A stretch of 64,000 bases of DNA, from the NCBI RefSeq assembly GCF_006345805.1, contig NC_043003.1, positions 52,762,001 through 52,826,000 of the forward strand, read 5' to 3'. The stretch is from Octopus sinensis. Taxonomy: Eukaryota. Numbering within the stretch: position 1 is the stretch's first letter; each line of letters starts with the position of its first letter. A program made the translations under genes and the position numbers. This document shows positions 1 to 13,731 of this stretch, in pieces. The notes below the pieces were generated by a model, which saw nothing but the letters and a program-made list of their open reading frames with translations, was not told the DNA's origin and did not search any database.

Positions 1-496
1 ATTATATTCCCTGGAGCGTAGGCGGGAAAGATATGCCATAATATACATCTGGAAGATCCTGGAGGGAAGTGTCCTGAACTTGGCATCGAGAGTTACGCAA
101 ATACCAGAACTGGGCGCCACTGCGTGGTGCCTAGGACTCCAAACCTGCATCAAGATGTAGGACAAGATTCTGTGATAGCCTGGGCTTCCGAGGCCCACAG
201 CTCTTCAATATCCTCCCGAAGAACCTGAGAGACCTGCATAGGGTGGATACAGATGTCTTTAAAATGAAGCTGGATCTCTTCCTGTCAGGTGTCCCAGATG
301 AACCAACTTCACGGCAGGAGGGGCAGATGAGGGCAGCTGCATCGAACTCTCTCATGCACCAAATAAAAGCAGTTGCTAGAAAGCCTCCATGAAGTGAAAC
401 CAAGTAGCAACACCAAATGGCGGTGCCCCAGCATGGCCACAGCTCATAAGCTGAAACTAGAATCAATCAATCAATCATCAATCAATCAATCAATCA
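1..496 (+). mobile_element. 3' end of a CR1/L2-group LINE (ORF2 C-terminus, 3' UTR, (ATCA)n tail)
   Basis: + strand frames read LYSLERRRERYAIIYIWKILEG and GFRGPQLFNILPKNLRDLHRVDTDVFKMKLDLFLSGVPDEP...RAAASNSLMHQ; (ATCA)n tail about 462-496. Confidence 0.85.
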
Positions 497-549
497 TATA
501 TATACATATATATATATATATATAATATATATATATATCATATATATCT

Positions 550-631
<82 letters not shown>

Positions 632-776
632 ATGTGTGTGTGTGTGTTTGTGTTAATGTTTGTCTTTATATTCAGTTATAATAAAAACAATTATTACATT
701 AATCTGATGAGTTACTCTATACTTTTGTACAGTAAAAATTTATAAATCTTAAACATGAATATATATATTTACACCA

Positions 777-844
<68 letters not shown>

Positions 845-845
<1 letters not shown>

Positions 846-1212
846 AGAGAATTCACGAAAAAAACAAAAGACAAAGGCAGGTGGCGTAGAAAACAAACGG
901 GTGTATTAGTATAACGCTCGGGAAGTGAAAAAGTCTTTTACGTTTCGACCCTACGCTCTTCCACAGAAAGGAACACAAAAAGAAACAAGGAGAGAAAAAA
1001 ATGTGTGTAGTGGCTACCGATATATATATATATATAACGGGAAGCTTTATGAAAATAAACAAAAGACGAAGGCAGGTGGAATACAAACAAACAATTGTAT
1101 TAGTATGGCGCTCAGGAATTTAAATAAAACAGAAAGATACACAGAAAAGAAACACGGAGAGAAACAAGGAGAGAAAAAATGCGTGCAGAGGCTAGCAAAT
1201 CACATGGCGATT

Positions 1213-1215
<3 letters not shown>
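845..1215 (-). mobile_element. Two tandem related small units between (TA)n tracts (PLE-terminal or retrozyme-like); the first carries a hammerhead motif
   Basis: 845-1020 and 1037-1215 are similar to each other and to 23498-23700. Confidence 0.6.
935..970 (-). ncRNA. Minimal type-I hammerhead-like motif, variant core CUGUGGA
   Basis: Minus strand: CTTT CTGTGGA A GAGC GTAG GGTC GAAAC GTA AAAG. Confidence 0.55.
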
Positions 1216-1246
<31 letters not shown>

Positions 1247-1269
1247 ATATATATTTATATATATTATAT

Positions 1270-1720
1270 ACGAGGGGGTACCCAAAAGTAACTGGAAATG
1301 TTCTCTGTGGGACAAACCTATTGTAGTTCAGGTTTCCACCACTATAAGTCACTTGATGCGATCCTCAGGCATCAGTCTGCCGACCGGCGTCTTCCGTTGA
1401 AGTCGTACTACCACGACATACGTCTTTGTTTTGCAATAATTCTCCTCTGTCCGTCGATTTTTACGATGGCTAAACGATGGAACAGCATGCTTCCGTGAAA
1501 TTATGTTTTCTGCTGGGGAAAACGGCAGCCGAAACAGTTGTCATGCTTCAAACAGCATACAAGGACGCTGCCATGAGCAAAACACAAGTTTACGAGTGGT
1601 TTCCACGCTTTAGGTGTGGTCACTTGTCGCTTGAAGCAAACCCTTGAAGGCATTGGCCCAGCAAGATTGCAGTCCAGTGACTCAAACAAGCAAAAGAAGT
1701 TATCAATGTTGGTGTAAAAA
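1270..1720 (+). mobile_element. Mariner transposon 5' fragment (TIR plus N-terminal transposase)
   Basis: TA-CGAGGGGGTACCCAAAAG terminus; frames read EQHASVKLCFLLGKTAAETVVMLQTAYKDAAMSKTQVYEWFPRFRCG. Confidence 0.8.
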
Positions 1721-3136
1721 AAGGATGCACTCAGTTATTTTTATCATGAAGTCTTTCAGTTTTATGTAAATCTTAGAAAAATTCCTGTATTGACTACATG
1801 AAAGGAATGAAGTAATAAGGTGACACAGTTTGATTTCGATTTTATAAACACTTGATCCAAAAATCAGGACTATATACCCAAGAGTGAAGTTCCTCCGTGA
1901 TCAACCGATCTGCTAGTAACAGCAATCAAATCTTCCTCAGATCATATCCAACCGCATTATAAAAAGAGAAATAGCATATTGGATATTGTAGTCTTCGATA
2001 TACTAGACGACAGAAAGGTCAAGGTACGGACGTATAATTATGCTGGGTTAGGTCTAACGTGACACTGAACAACAACTGACTTTGTGAATAACTACCAACA
2101 GATGAAATTAAACCGAAGGTAAACAGAATAATATTACCAAATCATTCGGGATCTCGGATTGAGAAAATTCACAAATAAACATTGAAGAAAGCTACTGAGT
2201 TGAATGAAACAGTGATAAAAATATTTTAAACAGAGGTAAATGTATAAAAAAACATTTGATCGATACAAGCGTTTTTTTTCTGTTACCTAGTATAACAAGG
2301 CGACCACCAACAGAGCACCAGAAGAAATTAATACATCTAAAATTACGTCCCAACGATCTACAAATAACTTTGACTATGCTTGTGCCTATGTGTTGTAATA
2401 CAGTGTATCGCAACTTATGAACAAATGACCAGGTGCTGATATTAAAATGGGTGTCGAATTAGAAGCAGCACTCACGAGCAGTTGCAAGTTTATTCGTCTA
2501 GTTTCTCTTAATCCATTGTAGGCTGATTCGACGCTATGGTAAAAACTACCACTGCATGCGAAAATGCAGAACTGCAACTTCCGAAATTTGGTTAAAGAGT
2601 AACATTTCTGAATATATTTAGCAACAGGTCAATGTCGTGGTTTACTGCAGTTATGTGTATATATCTGTCTTAGCTACACAAAATCGTACAAGGATATCAA
2701 CTTCCAGAGTTGTTTATTCTCAGAAAAATAAGCTTCCATTGATCTTTAGAACGGCAATTCAATTTACACCCTCAAGAAAGCGGTTAGCTCATAAATAAGG
2801 GTCTTACAACAATGTGCTACATCAGTGGTTCCCAGCCTGTGCTCTACGGACCCTTGGTGGTCCGCAAAGGTAGTAATGGGAGTCCGTGAACTAAATTCAA
2901 AATTTCATTTATATATTCTTTTATTCTTTTACTTGTTTCAGTTATTTGACTGCAGCCATGCTGGAGCACTGCCTTTAGTCGGACTAATCCACTCCAGAAC
3001 TTATCCTTTGTGAGCCTAGTACTTATTCTATCGGGCTCATTTTGCCAAACCTCTAAGTTACGGGGACGTAGGTATGTATGTATGTATGTATGTATGTATG
3101 TATGTATGTATGTATGTATGTATGTATGTATGTATG

Positions 3137-4170
3137 TACCCCTCTAAGTACCCCAGAAATAGATTACCTCTCCTGGATACTGAGCTGTCGATAGAAAATA
3201 CTATGATTAACGGAACTGTTAAACCCTGTTTACTCCACTCACACTATCGTAAAGCTATGGCTAATCCACTGGTAATCCGTAGTGACTCAGCGATACCAAA
3301 TACTATCAAAATCAACATCCTCGTGGCAGACTTAGAGTAATGAGGAACGTATCTTCACTATGCCAACCACAAGGACGACAACAACATATCCAACACTACA
3401 TATTCCGAATGCAACGTTCCGGATACACATAGTACGGTAGAATCAGAGTATACAAAGGAGCGAAAACAAGATTCGAACGTATTCTAAGAGATGACGAAAA
3501 AGGCACATGCTCCCTATACCGCAACAAGTTCTGGAATAGGTTGGAGTGGGACACCAACGAAAGAAATAAACATAATACTTGGTATGATAAGAAGTTTCAC
3601 AGTATAATGCTTGTTGACGCTACACCTAGGAACAAATTAAGTAGGGCATTTAAGAAAATCCTGCGCACAACTGGCCTTAAGATCAAAGTTGTAGAAAAGA
3701 CAGGTAGGACTATCAAATCTGCGTTAAGTAAATCATACCCATTTGATAGGATCACGTGTCAGATTAATTGTGCAGTATGTTCTACAAACCCACATATAAA
3801 CTGCAAAAAGGAAAACACTGTATACCAGATTAAGTGCCAAGAAGGGACTTGCGCGATTATCCCAGAGTCATATATTGAAGAGACTTCTAGGAGCATCAAT
3901 GATAGTTTCAAAGAACACCTGGTTAACTACATTGGAAAGAAAAACCAAACTCCATCTTTTATCAGCATGCTGTAGACTGTCACAATGGCTCTTTAGAGAG
4001 ACTTAAGTTAGACATCTTATCTACACATCCCACTGATGCAACGCTGAGACAAGTCACTGAAGCTGTCTGTATACAGGAATACAAATCCACGCTCAACCGT
4101 GAATCCGAATAGGGTAACACCCAAATTCTACTCGGGAGTACCAATCTATAATCACCCCTTTCTCTCATTT
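3137..4170 (+). mobile_element. Penelope-like element, 3' part (RT C-terminus, Cys-rich linker, GIY-YIG endonuclease), degenerate; Neptune-like
   Basis: ORFs 3074..3340 (LPLLD...HYRKAMAN...SAIP) and 3541..3975 (VDATP..KVVEKTG..C...C..C..NC...VYQIKC...YIEETSRS...EH). Confidence 0.85.
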
Positions 4171-4397
4171 ACATGTAGAAATCCATACACACATGTTGAG
4201 ATGCGTGATACTGAAATACATATATGTAGTTATATACAATCGCATGAATGTACCTAGATTAATACGTATGTACGTATTTGTAGATGTATGTGTAAATAGC
4301 GTGCGTGTATATGTGTGTACGAGTGTGTGTGTGTTGAGTGAGTATATGTGTGTGTATGAGTGTGTAAATGCATGCACGTATGAGTATATGTATGTGC

Positions 4398-4449
<52 letters not shown>

Positions 4450-4580
4450 TGTGTGTGTGTGTGTGTGAGTGTGTATGTATGCATGTATGTATGTATGCAC
4501 ATATATAAATAAATAGTAAAAAATTTAAAACATTAAAAAAATTGAATTTTAACTGTTGTCTGCGAAAATAGTGACATATA

Positions 4581-5786
4581 CAGAGGTTGGACAAAATAAT
4601 GGAAACACCTTACAATTTCAAACCAATTTATTTTAATATGGGGTAGGACTATAATTACTGCCTTTGGCAGTAATTATAGTTTGAATTCTACGAGGTATGG
4701 ACTCGTACAAAGTTTGAATTGTTTCCAAAGGAATTTTTGTCCATTCTTCAGCTAAAACAGTCTCCAGTTCTTGTAGTGATGATGGTGGAGGATATCGACT
4801 CCTTACTTGTTTTTCTAAAATGCACCATAAATGTTCAATTATATTGAGATCTGGGGAATGTGGTGGCTAGATAAGATGTTCAACTTCACTAGAATGTTCC
4901 TCGTACCATTCAGTAACAAATTTATTCCGTAACCACAGGATGAATTTGTTCAGATGATTAAATAGTCTTGGCTCTTAATTCTGCCATGAAGGGAAACCAT
5001 TGGACCGGCGGATTTCCAAGATATAGTCCCCCACAAAAAAATCATCACAGATCCTCCTCCATATTTAACAGTTGGAAAAACGCAGTCTGGGTTAAATGCT
5101 TCTTTTGGTTGTCTTCACACGTATACACGGCCGGTAGTCGGAAATAATGTAAAGGACGACTGGTCCGAGAAAATAACATTCTTCCACTGCTCTAGTGACC
5201 AGTTCTGTAGGTTTTTACTCCACTCGAAACGCTTTGCAACGTTTGTTTTTGAGAGTAGTGGTTTTCTGATTGCAGCCCTCCCATGAAATCCTGATTTGTG
5301 CAGCTCCCGGCGAACGGGTTTCGTGGAAACTGGGTTCTGGAGGTGGTTATTAAGCTCTGCAGTACGTTTGTGATCCTTTCTAACAATTCGCGTAAGAGTC
5401 CAACGGTCCCTATCTGAAAGTTTTGGTTTTCTTCCGGAGTTTTGTTTCGACGAGGAGGGTTTTCCCTCTTTCTCAAAGGTTGTCATTACTTTCGAGACAG
5501 TCCTTTCTGATACACCAAACATTTCGACTATTTTCGTTATGCTATCGCCTGCCATACGAGCACCAACAATTTGGCCTCTTTGAAAGTCCGATAGATCTGT
5601 CACATTAATGAATTTTAATTACCTTTTTTTGATGATATATGAAAAGAAGCAACAATTTTAGCAAACGTATTAAGCAACACTAATAATGAATAAAAAAAAC
5701 ATAAAAAATATAACAAGCTTTTGACGGTTTTATAGACATTTCAAAATTATGATGGTAAGTGTTTCCATTCTTTAGTCCAACCCCTG
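4581..5786 (-). mobile_element. Tc1-family DNA transposon, full length but with a disrupted transposase
   Basis: About 29-bp TIRs (CAGAGGTTGGACAAAATAATGGAAACAC / imperfect partner ending 5786), left TA; ORF 5115..5603 has the paired-like HTH and WKNVIFSDQS. Confidence 0.92.
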
Positions 5787-5814
5787 CATATGTGTAGATG
5801 GATAAGCGTATATA

Positions 5815-5995
5815 TCCACCAGCAATGTTTACGTCGTATCCTGGGCCTGCATTGGAAAATGCACGTGAGTAATGCTGAGATGCTTGAAAGAGGTTCCTGT
5901 TGAACTATTGAGCCAATCATTTTGCAGCACCGACTCCATTGGGTGGACAGCTTAGTGAGACTGGAAGAATGCAGGACTCCGAAGCAACTCAACGA
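5815..5995 (+). mobile_element. RTE-type LINE fragment
   Basis: Reads HQQCLRRILGLHWKMHVSNAEMLER...QHRLHWV..LVRLEECRTPKQL. Confidence 0.7.
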
Positions 5996-6087
5996 CTGAA
6001 ACAAATAAAAGAGTAAAAGAATAAAAGAATTTATAATATAATATACTATAATATAATATTATATTATATTATATATATATATAACAT

Positions 6088-6470
6088 GAGTGGCTGTGTG
6101 GTAAGTAGGTTGCTTACCAACAACGTGGTTCCAGGTTCAGTTCCACTGCGTGTCACCTTGGGCATGTGTCTTCTACTATAGTTTCGGGCCGACCAAAGCC
6201 TTGTGAGTGGATTTGGCAGATGGAAACTGAAAGAAGCCCGTCGTATATATATATATATAGGGGGTGTATGCTTATATGTCTATGTTTGTCCCCCAACCAT
6301 CGCTTAACAACCGATGCTGGTGTGTTTACGTCTTCGTAGCATAGCGGTTTGGCAAAAAAAAAACGATAAAATAAATACTAGGCTTACAAAGAATAAGTCC
6401 TGTAGTCGATTTGTTCGACTACAGGCGGTGCTCCAGTATGGCCGCAGTCAAATGACTGAAACAAAAAGAA
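6088..6470 (+). mobile_element. tRNA-head SINE family B (internal microsatellite, LINE-like tail)
   Basis: GTGGCTGTGTGGTAAG...GGTTCAGTTCCACTG...CCTTGGGC head; tail GGCGGTGCTCCAGYATGGCCGCAGTCAAATGACTGAAAC; many copies in the window. Confidence 0.85.
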
Positions 6471-6489
6471 AATATATATATAATGCAAA

Positions 6490-6900
6490 TAATATATCTC
6501 TATATATAAAATCTCTATATATAAAACTGAAATGCGTTTTTACCGCTTGGATCGCTTTCAATGCCACTACATCCCGTCCGATTCGCTCCAAAATTTACAG
6601 GGACATGTAGAATGAGGTGACGATGCGCGTGGGCTACCTTAGAAATCTCTATCTTAAAAGGTGTGGTTGCTAGGGGCCATCTTCCTACCTCACCCTATTT
6701 CCTCCAGTACTCTGTCACTCCTCTTCATAACTTTCAGAAGTCCACTACAGTTATTTAAAGTATCTGTCACTATCGCTATTTCCTTTCTTTTTCACTGACT
6801 CTGTTTCCTACCTTCCTATCACTTCGGCGGCGTTCTTTTAAGTATATGTCTGTCACCAACAAACAACACACGAGCATGAGAACAAATATTATGAATCAGA
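6490..6900 (+). mobile_element. Possible Helitron 5' segment (another family)
   Basis: Duplicated TCTCTATATATAAAA start resembles Helitron 5' termini; no matching 3' CTAG hairpin linked with confidence; the right boundary is uncertain. Confidence 0.35.
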
Positions 6901-6916
6901 TATTCTTGCGTTCATT

Positions 6917-7200
6917 TATGTGTGTGTGTGTGTGTGTTCTATATATATATATATGTATATATAATGTATGTGTGTGTGTGTGTGTTCTATATATAAATAT
7001 GTATATATAATGTATGTGTGTGTGTGTGTTCTATATATAAATATGTATATATAATGTATGTGTGTGTGTGTGTGGTGTTCTATATATAAATATGTATATA
7101 ATGTATGTGTGTGTGTGTGTGTGTTCTATATATAAATATGTATATATAATGTATGTGTGTGTGTGTGTTCTATATATAAATATGTATATATAATGTATAT
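6917..7200. repeat. Higher-order minisatellite built from microsatellites (unit about 42-46 nt, about 7 copies)
   Basis: Unit AATGTA(TG)nTTC(TA)nAATATG(TA)n repeats at 6963, 7009, 7053 and onward. Confidence 0.9.
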
Positions 7201-7347
7201 ATACAAAGTGTATATATCTGTATTTATGTATATTAAACTTTTTCATACTTTTTCATAGTTATATATATTTTTAAACAAATTATAAATATAATTTCATAAT
7301 TTTTATTTTCAATTTAAATAATTTAAAGTTTTCAATTTTATATTTTA

Positions 7348-8330
7348 CTAGCAGTATCGCCCGGCGTTGCTCGGGTTTGTAAGGGAAATAACTATATAAG
7401 CATTTTTAGTGAGTTATAGCAAAATAAATAGCAAAAAATGCATTAAAGATGGAATAAAAAATGATAGTAATTTCTTTTTTAAATCGTTGACTCATCGTAG
7501 ATATTTTTAGAGTTACTTCCCTTATATAATAGCGAAAAATGCATTAAAATGGAATAAAAAAATGATGGTAATTTTTTTTTAATAGTTGACTCATCGTAGA
7601 CATTTTTACAGAGTTACTTCCCTTATATAATAGCGAAAATGCATTAAAATGGAATAAAAAATGATGGTAAATGTTTTTAAAATCGTAGACTCATCGTAGA
7701 CGCGCGCTAATACCCAGAAGGGCTCGATATGAATCACGATTATAAGATACCCGGTTTTCGTTACACTGCACCGCAAAATGTGGGAGTAGTTAGGAATCTA
7801 AATCGTAGGAGACAGACACACAACCTTACTTTTATATATAAAGATTTGTGGTTTGCACAGGAAACCTGCCCTGTGTGGCGGTTTTTGCCGTTTTTGTGGA
7901 TCTGTTTCAGCTTTTTTAGCGATCTCTGTTTTGGCGACTTCAATCCATTAAGTCGTTGTTCTAAAAGAACGCTGGTCTCCTTCACAACGCATTACGACGT
8001 TGATTTCCTTACACTCCCTTCCCCACAGCTTCACGAGGGAGGGAAGAAGGGGGAGAAGCAACACAGGTGCAGGCGTGATCGTGGACGCCAACTCCGCCGC
8101 CATCGACACACGAAAAAATATGCATTAAAATGGAATAAAAAATGATGTTAAATTATTTTTAAAATCGTAGACTCATCGTAGACGCGCGCTAATACCCAGA
8201 CGGACTCGATATGAATCACGACTATAAGATACCCGAATTTGGTTAAACTGCACCGCAAAATTTGGGAGTAGTTAGGAATCTAAATCGAAGGGGACAGACA
8301 CTCACACAACTACAGTTTTATATATATAGA
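7348..8330 (-). mobile_element. Compound non-autonomous Helitron (family H1): one 3' end, two 5' ends
   Basis: 3' hairpin CCCGAGCAACGCCGGG plus CTAG|T at 7348; 5' TC termini at 7844 and 8330; internal tandem duplications. Confidence 0.85.
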
Positions 8331-8475
8331 TATATTTTCTATGTTATATTTTCTTTTTTTTTATGTTTTTGTTTTTGGTTTTTCACTGTTTGATTTGCCT
8401 ATTAGTGGTTTTATCTCTAATTTAATTTATACAGATATATATCTCATTTGTATACATTTGTATATATAATGCGTG

Positions 8476-8513
<38 letters not shown>

Positions 8514-8529
8514 CATACACATATATATA

Positions 8530-9704
8530 TGTGTGCATTACGTAGTCGGTCGATTCACCTGAAAATATGCACACCTATGTTAAAGGTGCTGACAAGTTTG
8601 CATCACAACTATTTTGTTCCTCAAATGAAAGGCGTCACCTCTAGGACAAAATTCCTCATCTTATAAAATGTGGCCCCAGTACACCCGAATGAAATCGGGT
8701 TATATTAACAAAAATGTGAAAAGGGGTCTAAATGGGGCTGGAAGGGGATTAAAATTTCAAAGAGCGGGTGTTTAGGAATTCTCTGTTGCATCAAGCTAAA
8801 AAATTTGCGCCAGCCTTTTAATCGTCAATGTGTTGCCGTCCATGATAAAGAAGTTTTGAATGCTTGCCATGGTGAGTCTACTGTCGTGAGAAAGAATCAC
8901 TTCAAAACTTGGTGTTTACGAATTTTCTTTTACATCAAGTTCAAAATTTTACGCCAGCCGTTAAACTGTCACTACGTTGCTGTCCGTCGTTAACAAATGC
9001 CAGCCATGGTGATTCTATCCCTTCAAACTTTGGTTTCCAATATTTTATTATTTTTATTCAGCTCGCAAGTTCGTCTGTCCCTTTTGAATGTTAGCGTTTT
9101 GCTGTCTGCCTTGAAGCAGACCTTTCCATTGCCACTGCCTCATATTTCTGATTGATCTTTCTAAATATTTTATTTCTCAACTTACTCAAGATCTTCTGTT
9201 GTTTATAAATGGGAGAGAGATAGATAAAGATAGAGAGTAAGAGAAAGCGAGGGAGAGTCAGAGAGAAAAGAAAAGTAAGAGAGTGGGAAAGTGAGAGAGA
9301 AAGGAGAGAGAAACAAATACGGAGAATCGTCATCATCATCATCGTTTAACGTCCGTTTTCCGTGCTAGCACGGGTTGGGCAGTGTGACCGGGGTCTCGGA
9401 AGCCAGGAGGCTGCACCAGGCTCCAGTCTGATCTGGCAGTGTTTCTACAGGTGGATGACCTTCCTAACGCCAACCACACTGTGAGTGTAGTGAGTGCTTT
9501 TTTCCTGCCGCCGGCACTGGTGCCAGGGGCGCTCGCAGTGGCAACGATCGGTTGGTCCTTTTTACGTGCCACCAGCACAGAAGCAAGTCAAGGCGGTGCT
9601 GCAATCGGCCACGTTCGGATGGTGCTTTTTACGTGCTGAAAAGAAGCAACAGAAAGTAACACCCACATTCTTACCCGCGCGTAGAGCGGGTCACCTTCAG
9701 CTAG
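8530..9704 (+). mobile_element. Non-autonomous Helitron family H2 (5' boundary approximate)
   Basis: 3' hairpin ACCCGC-GCGTAGA-GCGGGT, 9 nt, then CTAG|T at 9701-9705. Confidence 0.65.
9330..9637 (-). mobile_element. RTE-type LINE/SINE 3' end with (GAT)n tail
   Basis: ...GGACGTTAAACGATGATGATG on the minus strand; homologous to 63588-63775. Confidence 0.7.
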
Positions 9705-9751
9705 TATATATATATATATATGCTTTAATGTATATATAATATAATTTCTTT

Positions 9752-10194
9752 TTTTTCATTTGTTTCCGTCATTTGACTGTGGCCATGCTGGAGCACTGCC
9801 TTTAGACGAACAAATCGACCCCAGGACTTATTCTTTGTAAGCCCAGTACTTCTATTGGTCATATTTGCCGAACCGCTAAGTTAGGATATGTAAATGCACC
9901 AACATCGGTCATCAAGCATTGGTAGGGAATGAACACAGTCACACAAATACATACGTACATACATACATACATACATACATACATACATACATACATACAT
10001 ACATACATACATACATACATACGTACGTACGTGTGTGTGTACGACAGGCTTCTCTCAGTTTACGTCTACTAAATCCACTCTCAAGGCATTAGTCGGCCCG
10101 AGGCTATAGCAGAAGACACTTGCCCAAGGTACTACGCAGTGGGAATGAACCCGGAACCATGTGGTTGGTAAGCAAGGTACTTACCACACAACCA
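9752..10194 (-). mobile_element. SINE family B
   Basis: Reverse-complement match to family B with internal (TATG)n. Confidence 0.85.
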
Positions 10195-10224
10195 ATATAA
10201 TATTTGACGCCGACATTAGTTTCA

Positions 10225-10880
10225 CAATATAATAGCTGTCTATGTATGGAGCAAAAGCATCCAGAGACATTCAGCCTAAAGGAAGCACCCAAAATCTCTC
10301 CAATCTGAACTTCCACAAATCAGACTGGAAATCGATCCAAAAAGAGATCTTGAGACAAGACTGGCCGAAATGTCTCTCCACACCAGACATGGGCATGAAA
10401 CTAGAATACTTCATGTCAGTTATGCAAACCATACGCCAGAGAAATGTTCCCAGAGCACAAGGCCAACACAAAGCGGAACAAGATTTCATGGGAGAGGAAG
10501 ATACTCATGTGATGACGGACGAAAGCTGCACGTCGCTTCAACCAACATTCGAAAAGTAGTGAAAGGTCCCGCCTGAAAAACAACATTGACAGAGATTGAA
10601 AAAAGGCTGCAGCAATCCTATGTGAGGGGGAGAGCTGACAAAGAAGCCTGGGTTATAAAAAAGCATTAAGTCAAACCCAAAGGCCTTCTTTCATATTGCG
10701 AAAGAAACAGCCTCAGTACGCTGCAAAATAAGACCCCTCTTCCAAAAGGATGGCTCCCTCACAGTGAGGTATTGAATGACCAGTTCAAAAGTGTCTTTAC
10801 CACCCCGTTGGAACACAGACAGGTGAGCTAACCAGTGGATTTCTTTGCCGCCTCACCTATAACCAGCGAGGCAATTATGA
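10225..10880 (+). mobile_element. CR1/L2-group LINE ORF2 internal fragment
   Basis: LNFHKSDWKSIQKEILRQDW... and KSNPKAFF...LNDQFKSVFT, typical of the EN-RT linker. Confidence 0.7.
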
Positions 10881-11829
10881 TGGAATACATCGACATACAC
10901 ATACACACACGCAAGCGCGCACGCGCTCTCTCATTTGTTTCACTAAGCTTGGAACATGAAACGAAGGATCTACTGTAACCAGTGACAAAATCCGTTTTGT
11001 CAACAGGAAATATTATTTTAGATCAAGTATGTGAACGACGTTGTTATTTTAAGTCATTCCGGAAACAGTATCAGCTGGCATATTTAAACAACTTCTGCGT
11101 TGTAAAATTAACCAGAACAGAGTGACAATTAAATAGACAGCTCGGTCCTACTTTCTATTTATGGTAATAGGCATTGAGATAATGCATGTAGGCATACATA
11201 CTTTCCTACCGCTGTCTGTCTTTGGACTGAAGTTATGCAGGGTCACTGCTAGTCAACATCACTAGTCTGTCTGGTGCATATTGTATCTGCCTCTATCGAA
11301 AAGTCCACGTTGGTGCAAAGGGATATAATTCAATAACTAAATACTGCAATATAATTTTGTTTGACGCACCAATCAATACAGCAGCGGACTTTCTGAACAA
11401 GTTATAATGGACACAGGTTCGTGTGTCATATAGCTAGTTAGAGGCGATGGCCTCTTGGAGCTAATCAACGGCAGCTTTCGTCCTGTATTTATGGACTGCC
11501 ATATTAGCATGGCGATAACTATTAATATCCAGTACCGCTGACCGTAGTCTCTTTGGAGAGACTTAGAAACAATAATATTTCAATGTCCCACACAAGTTGG
11601 AATTTCCCCGCTTTTGTCGAGATTTTTCGAAATTTCTTATTGCATCTTTCATTTCAGAACGTGGTTTGGGTGGGAACTATTTATTTTATTAAAACAATTT
11701 TTATCCGTGTCTTTTAAACATTGACCGTCCCCATTCCCACTAAATCTCTTTTCTTTCGTTCCTTTTCGTCAAGTAACAATATTCCTCATTTTGAATCACA
11801 CGCAATCCGCATTTGTAGAGACAAATTTA

Positions 11830-12282
<453 letters not shown>

Positions 12283-12556
12283 GTAAACCCACTTTCCTTT
12301 TCATTTTATTTTTCACAATTATAATGAGCAACTTGGGAAACTGTCATTTCTGTTGACTCGTGTATACTGAAACTGTCAGGTGAACTGTACCTATTAATCA
12401 AATGGTATGGCCTCGAGACACCCTGTGACACGCTGACCCTACCTGAGGATTATACCAATTATGCATGTGTCTGTGGATTACTAAACTCCCATCACGTTAA
12501 TTCACGAGGCAGTAATTCAGTTGATCGAACAACTGTTTCTTTGTCGCCGAACATTG

Positions 12557-12607
<51 letters not shown>

Positions 12608-13731
12608 AAACTTGATATCAAATCTGCATCTGTCATCCAACCATGGAATTTTTCCTAGATGTAAAATATTTAAGCAATGTTTTATCCAAAGAACTAAGGT
12701 GAGAGCAAGATTTGGAAAGGGCACCGCTTAGTTTGTTTACTGAGTTCCAATAGTCGTGCTATCGAAACTCGTTGTTGTTTAGCTAGAATCGGTAGAAGAA
12801 AATAAAAGGCAAACCTATAGAATTACACCTGAATAGTGTATACGAGTGAAAGAAGGAGAGAGATCCAAAGACAAGAGAAATTTACAATAATAGCCAGAAA
12901 CTAGTCGGAAAAATAGTCGGAAATGATGTCCGGCGCTAGTGAATTCTTTGGATACGGTTCATGATTCGATATCTTATATCACCAAAGTTACCGACAGGCG
13001 AAAATGACATGGCTGACTAAACAGAATTAATATCAAACGCACGTTTTAATTCCTCTTGGCTAGTTATCCTTCTTTCTTTATCTTCCTCGTTATGAATACT
13101 ACATGTGTCACAATATCAGTTTATTTTCTTTAGCTGAGTAATAACTTATATGATAGGTCAATGAGGTTGTTTTTTACTATTTCTTTCGTTATTCCATATG
13201 ACTTTGCATGTTTGTTCACTACGGTTTTGATACGACACTGTATGTCGTCAAACCGCCTATGTAACTTCACAGCTGATAAATAACACGTATGCTCTGCTTT
13301 ATGTATTGCTTTCTGATTCAGTCGTTTGCAAAACCAGAGACGCTTATATACATGCGAGTGCAATCGTTTTGTTATACTGCTTTGTGTTGTTAAAATCTAT
13401 TTTAGTAATGCTATATTTGTGCTTGAGTGGAAAATAAACAAAGCCTTATCATTATTTGTTAAATGTTATCCAAATATTTAAAAAAAGTTACTGCTTCAAT
13501 TGTGTTTTCATAATGGGGGGTAAATGATAAACGCACGCTATCTTATCTAATACATTTTATTTGTCATGCGATGACTGCGATTTCCGGGACGTTCAGTGCC
13601 CTCCTTTCAATTCCCTTCTTTATTATCTTCAGTTCTTTTCTAGTTTTGAAATATCTTCCTACTTATTGGTTGTTGATTGAAGAAAGTAGGACAAATTGAT
13701 TTTTTAGTCAGATTTATTCACTTACCAAGTT

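Noticed and set aside
695-755. CTGATGA with a possible GTTACT/AGTAA stem
   Set aside because: GAAA is missing and helix I cannot be formed convincingly; at best a very decayed relic.
6917-7200. CRISPR-like array
   Set aside because: No unique spacers, low-complexity units, eukaryotic context and no cas genes.
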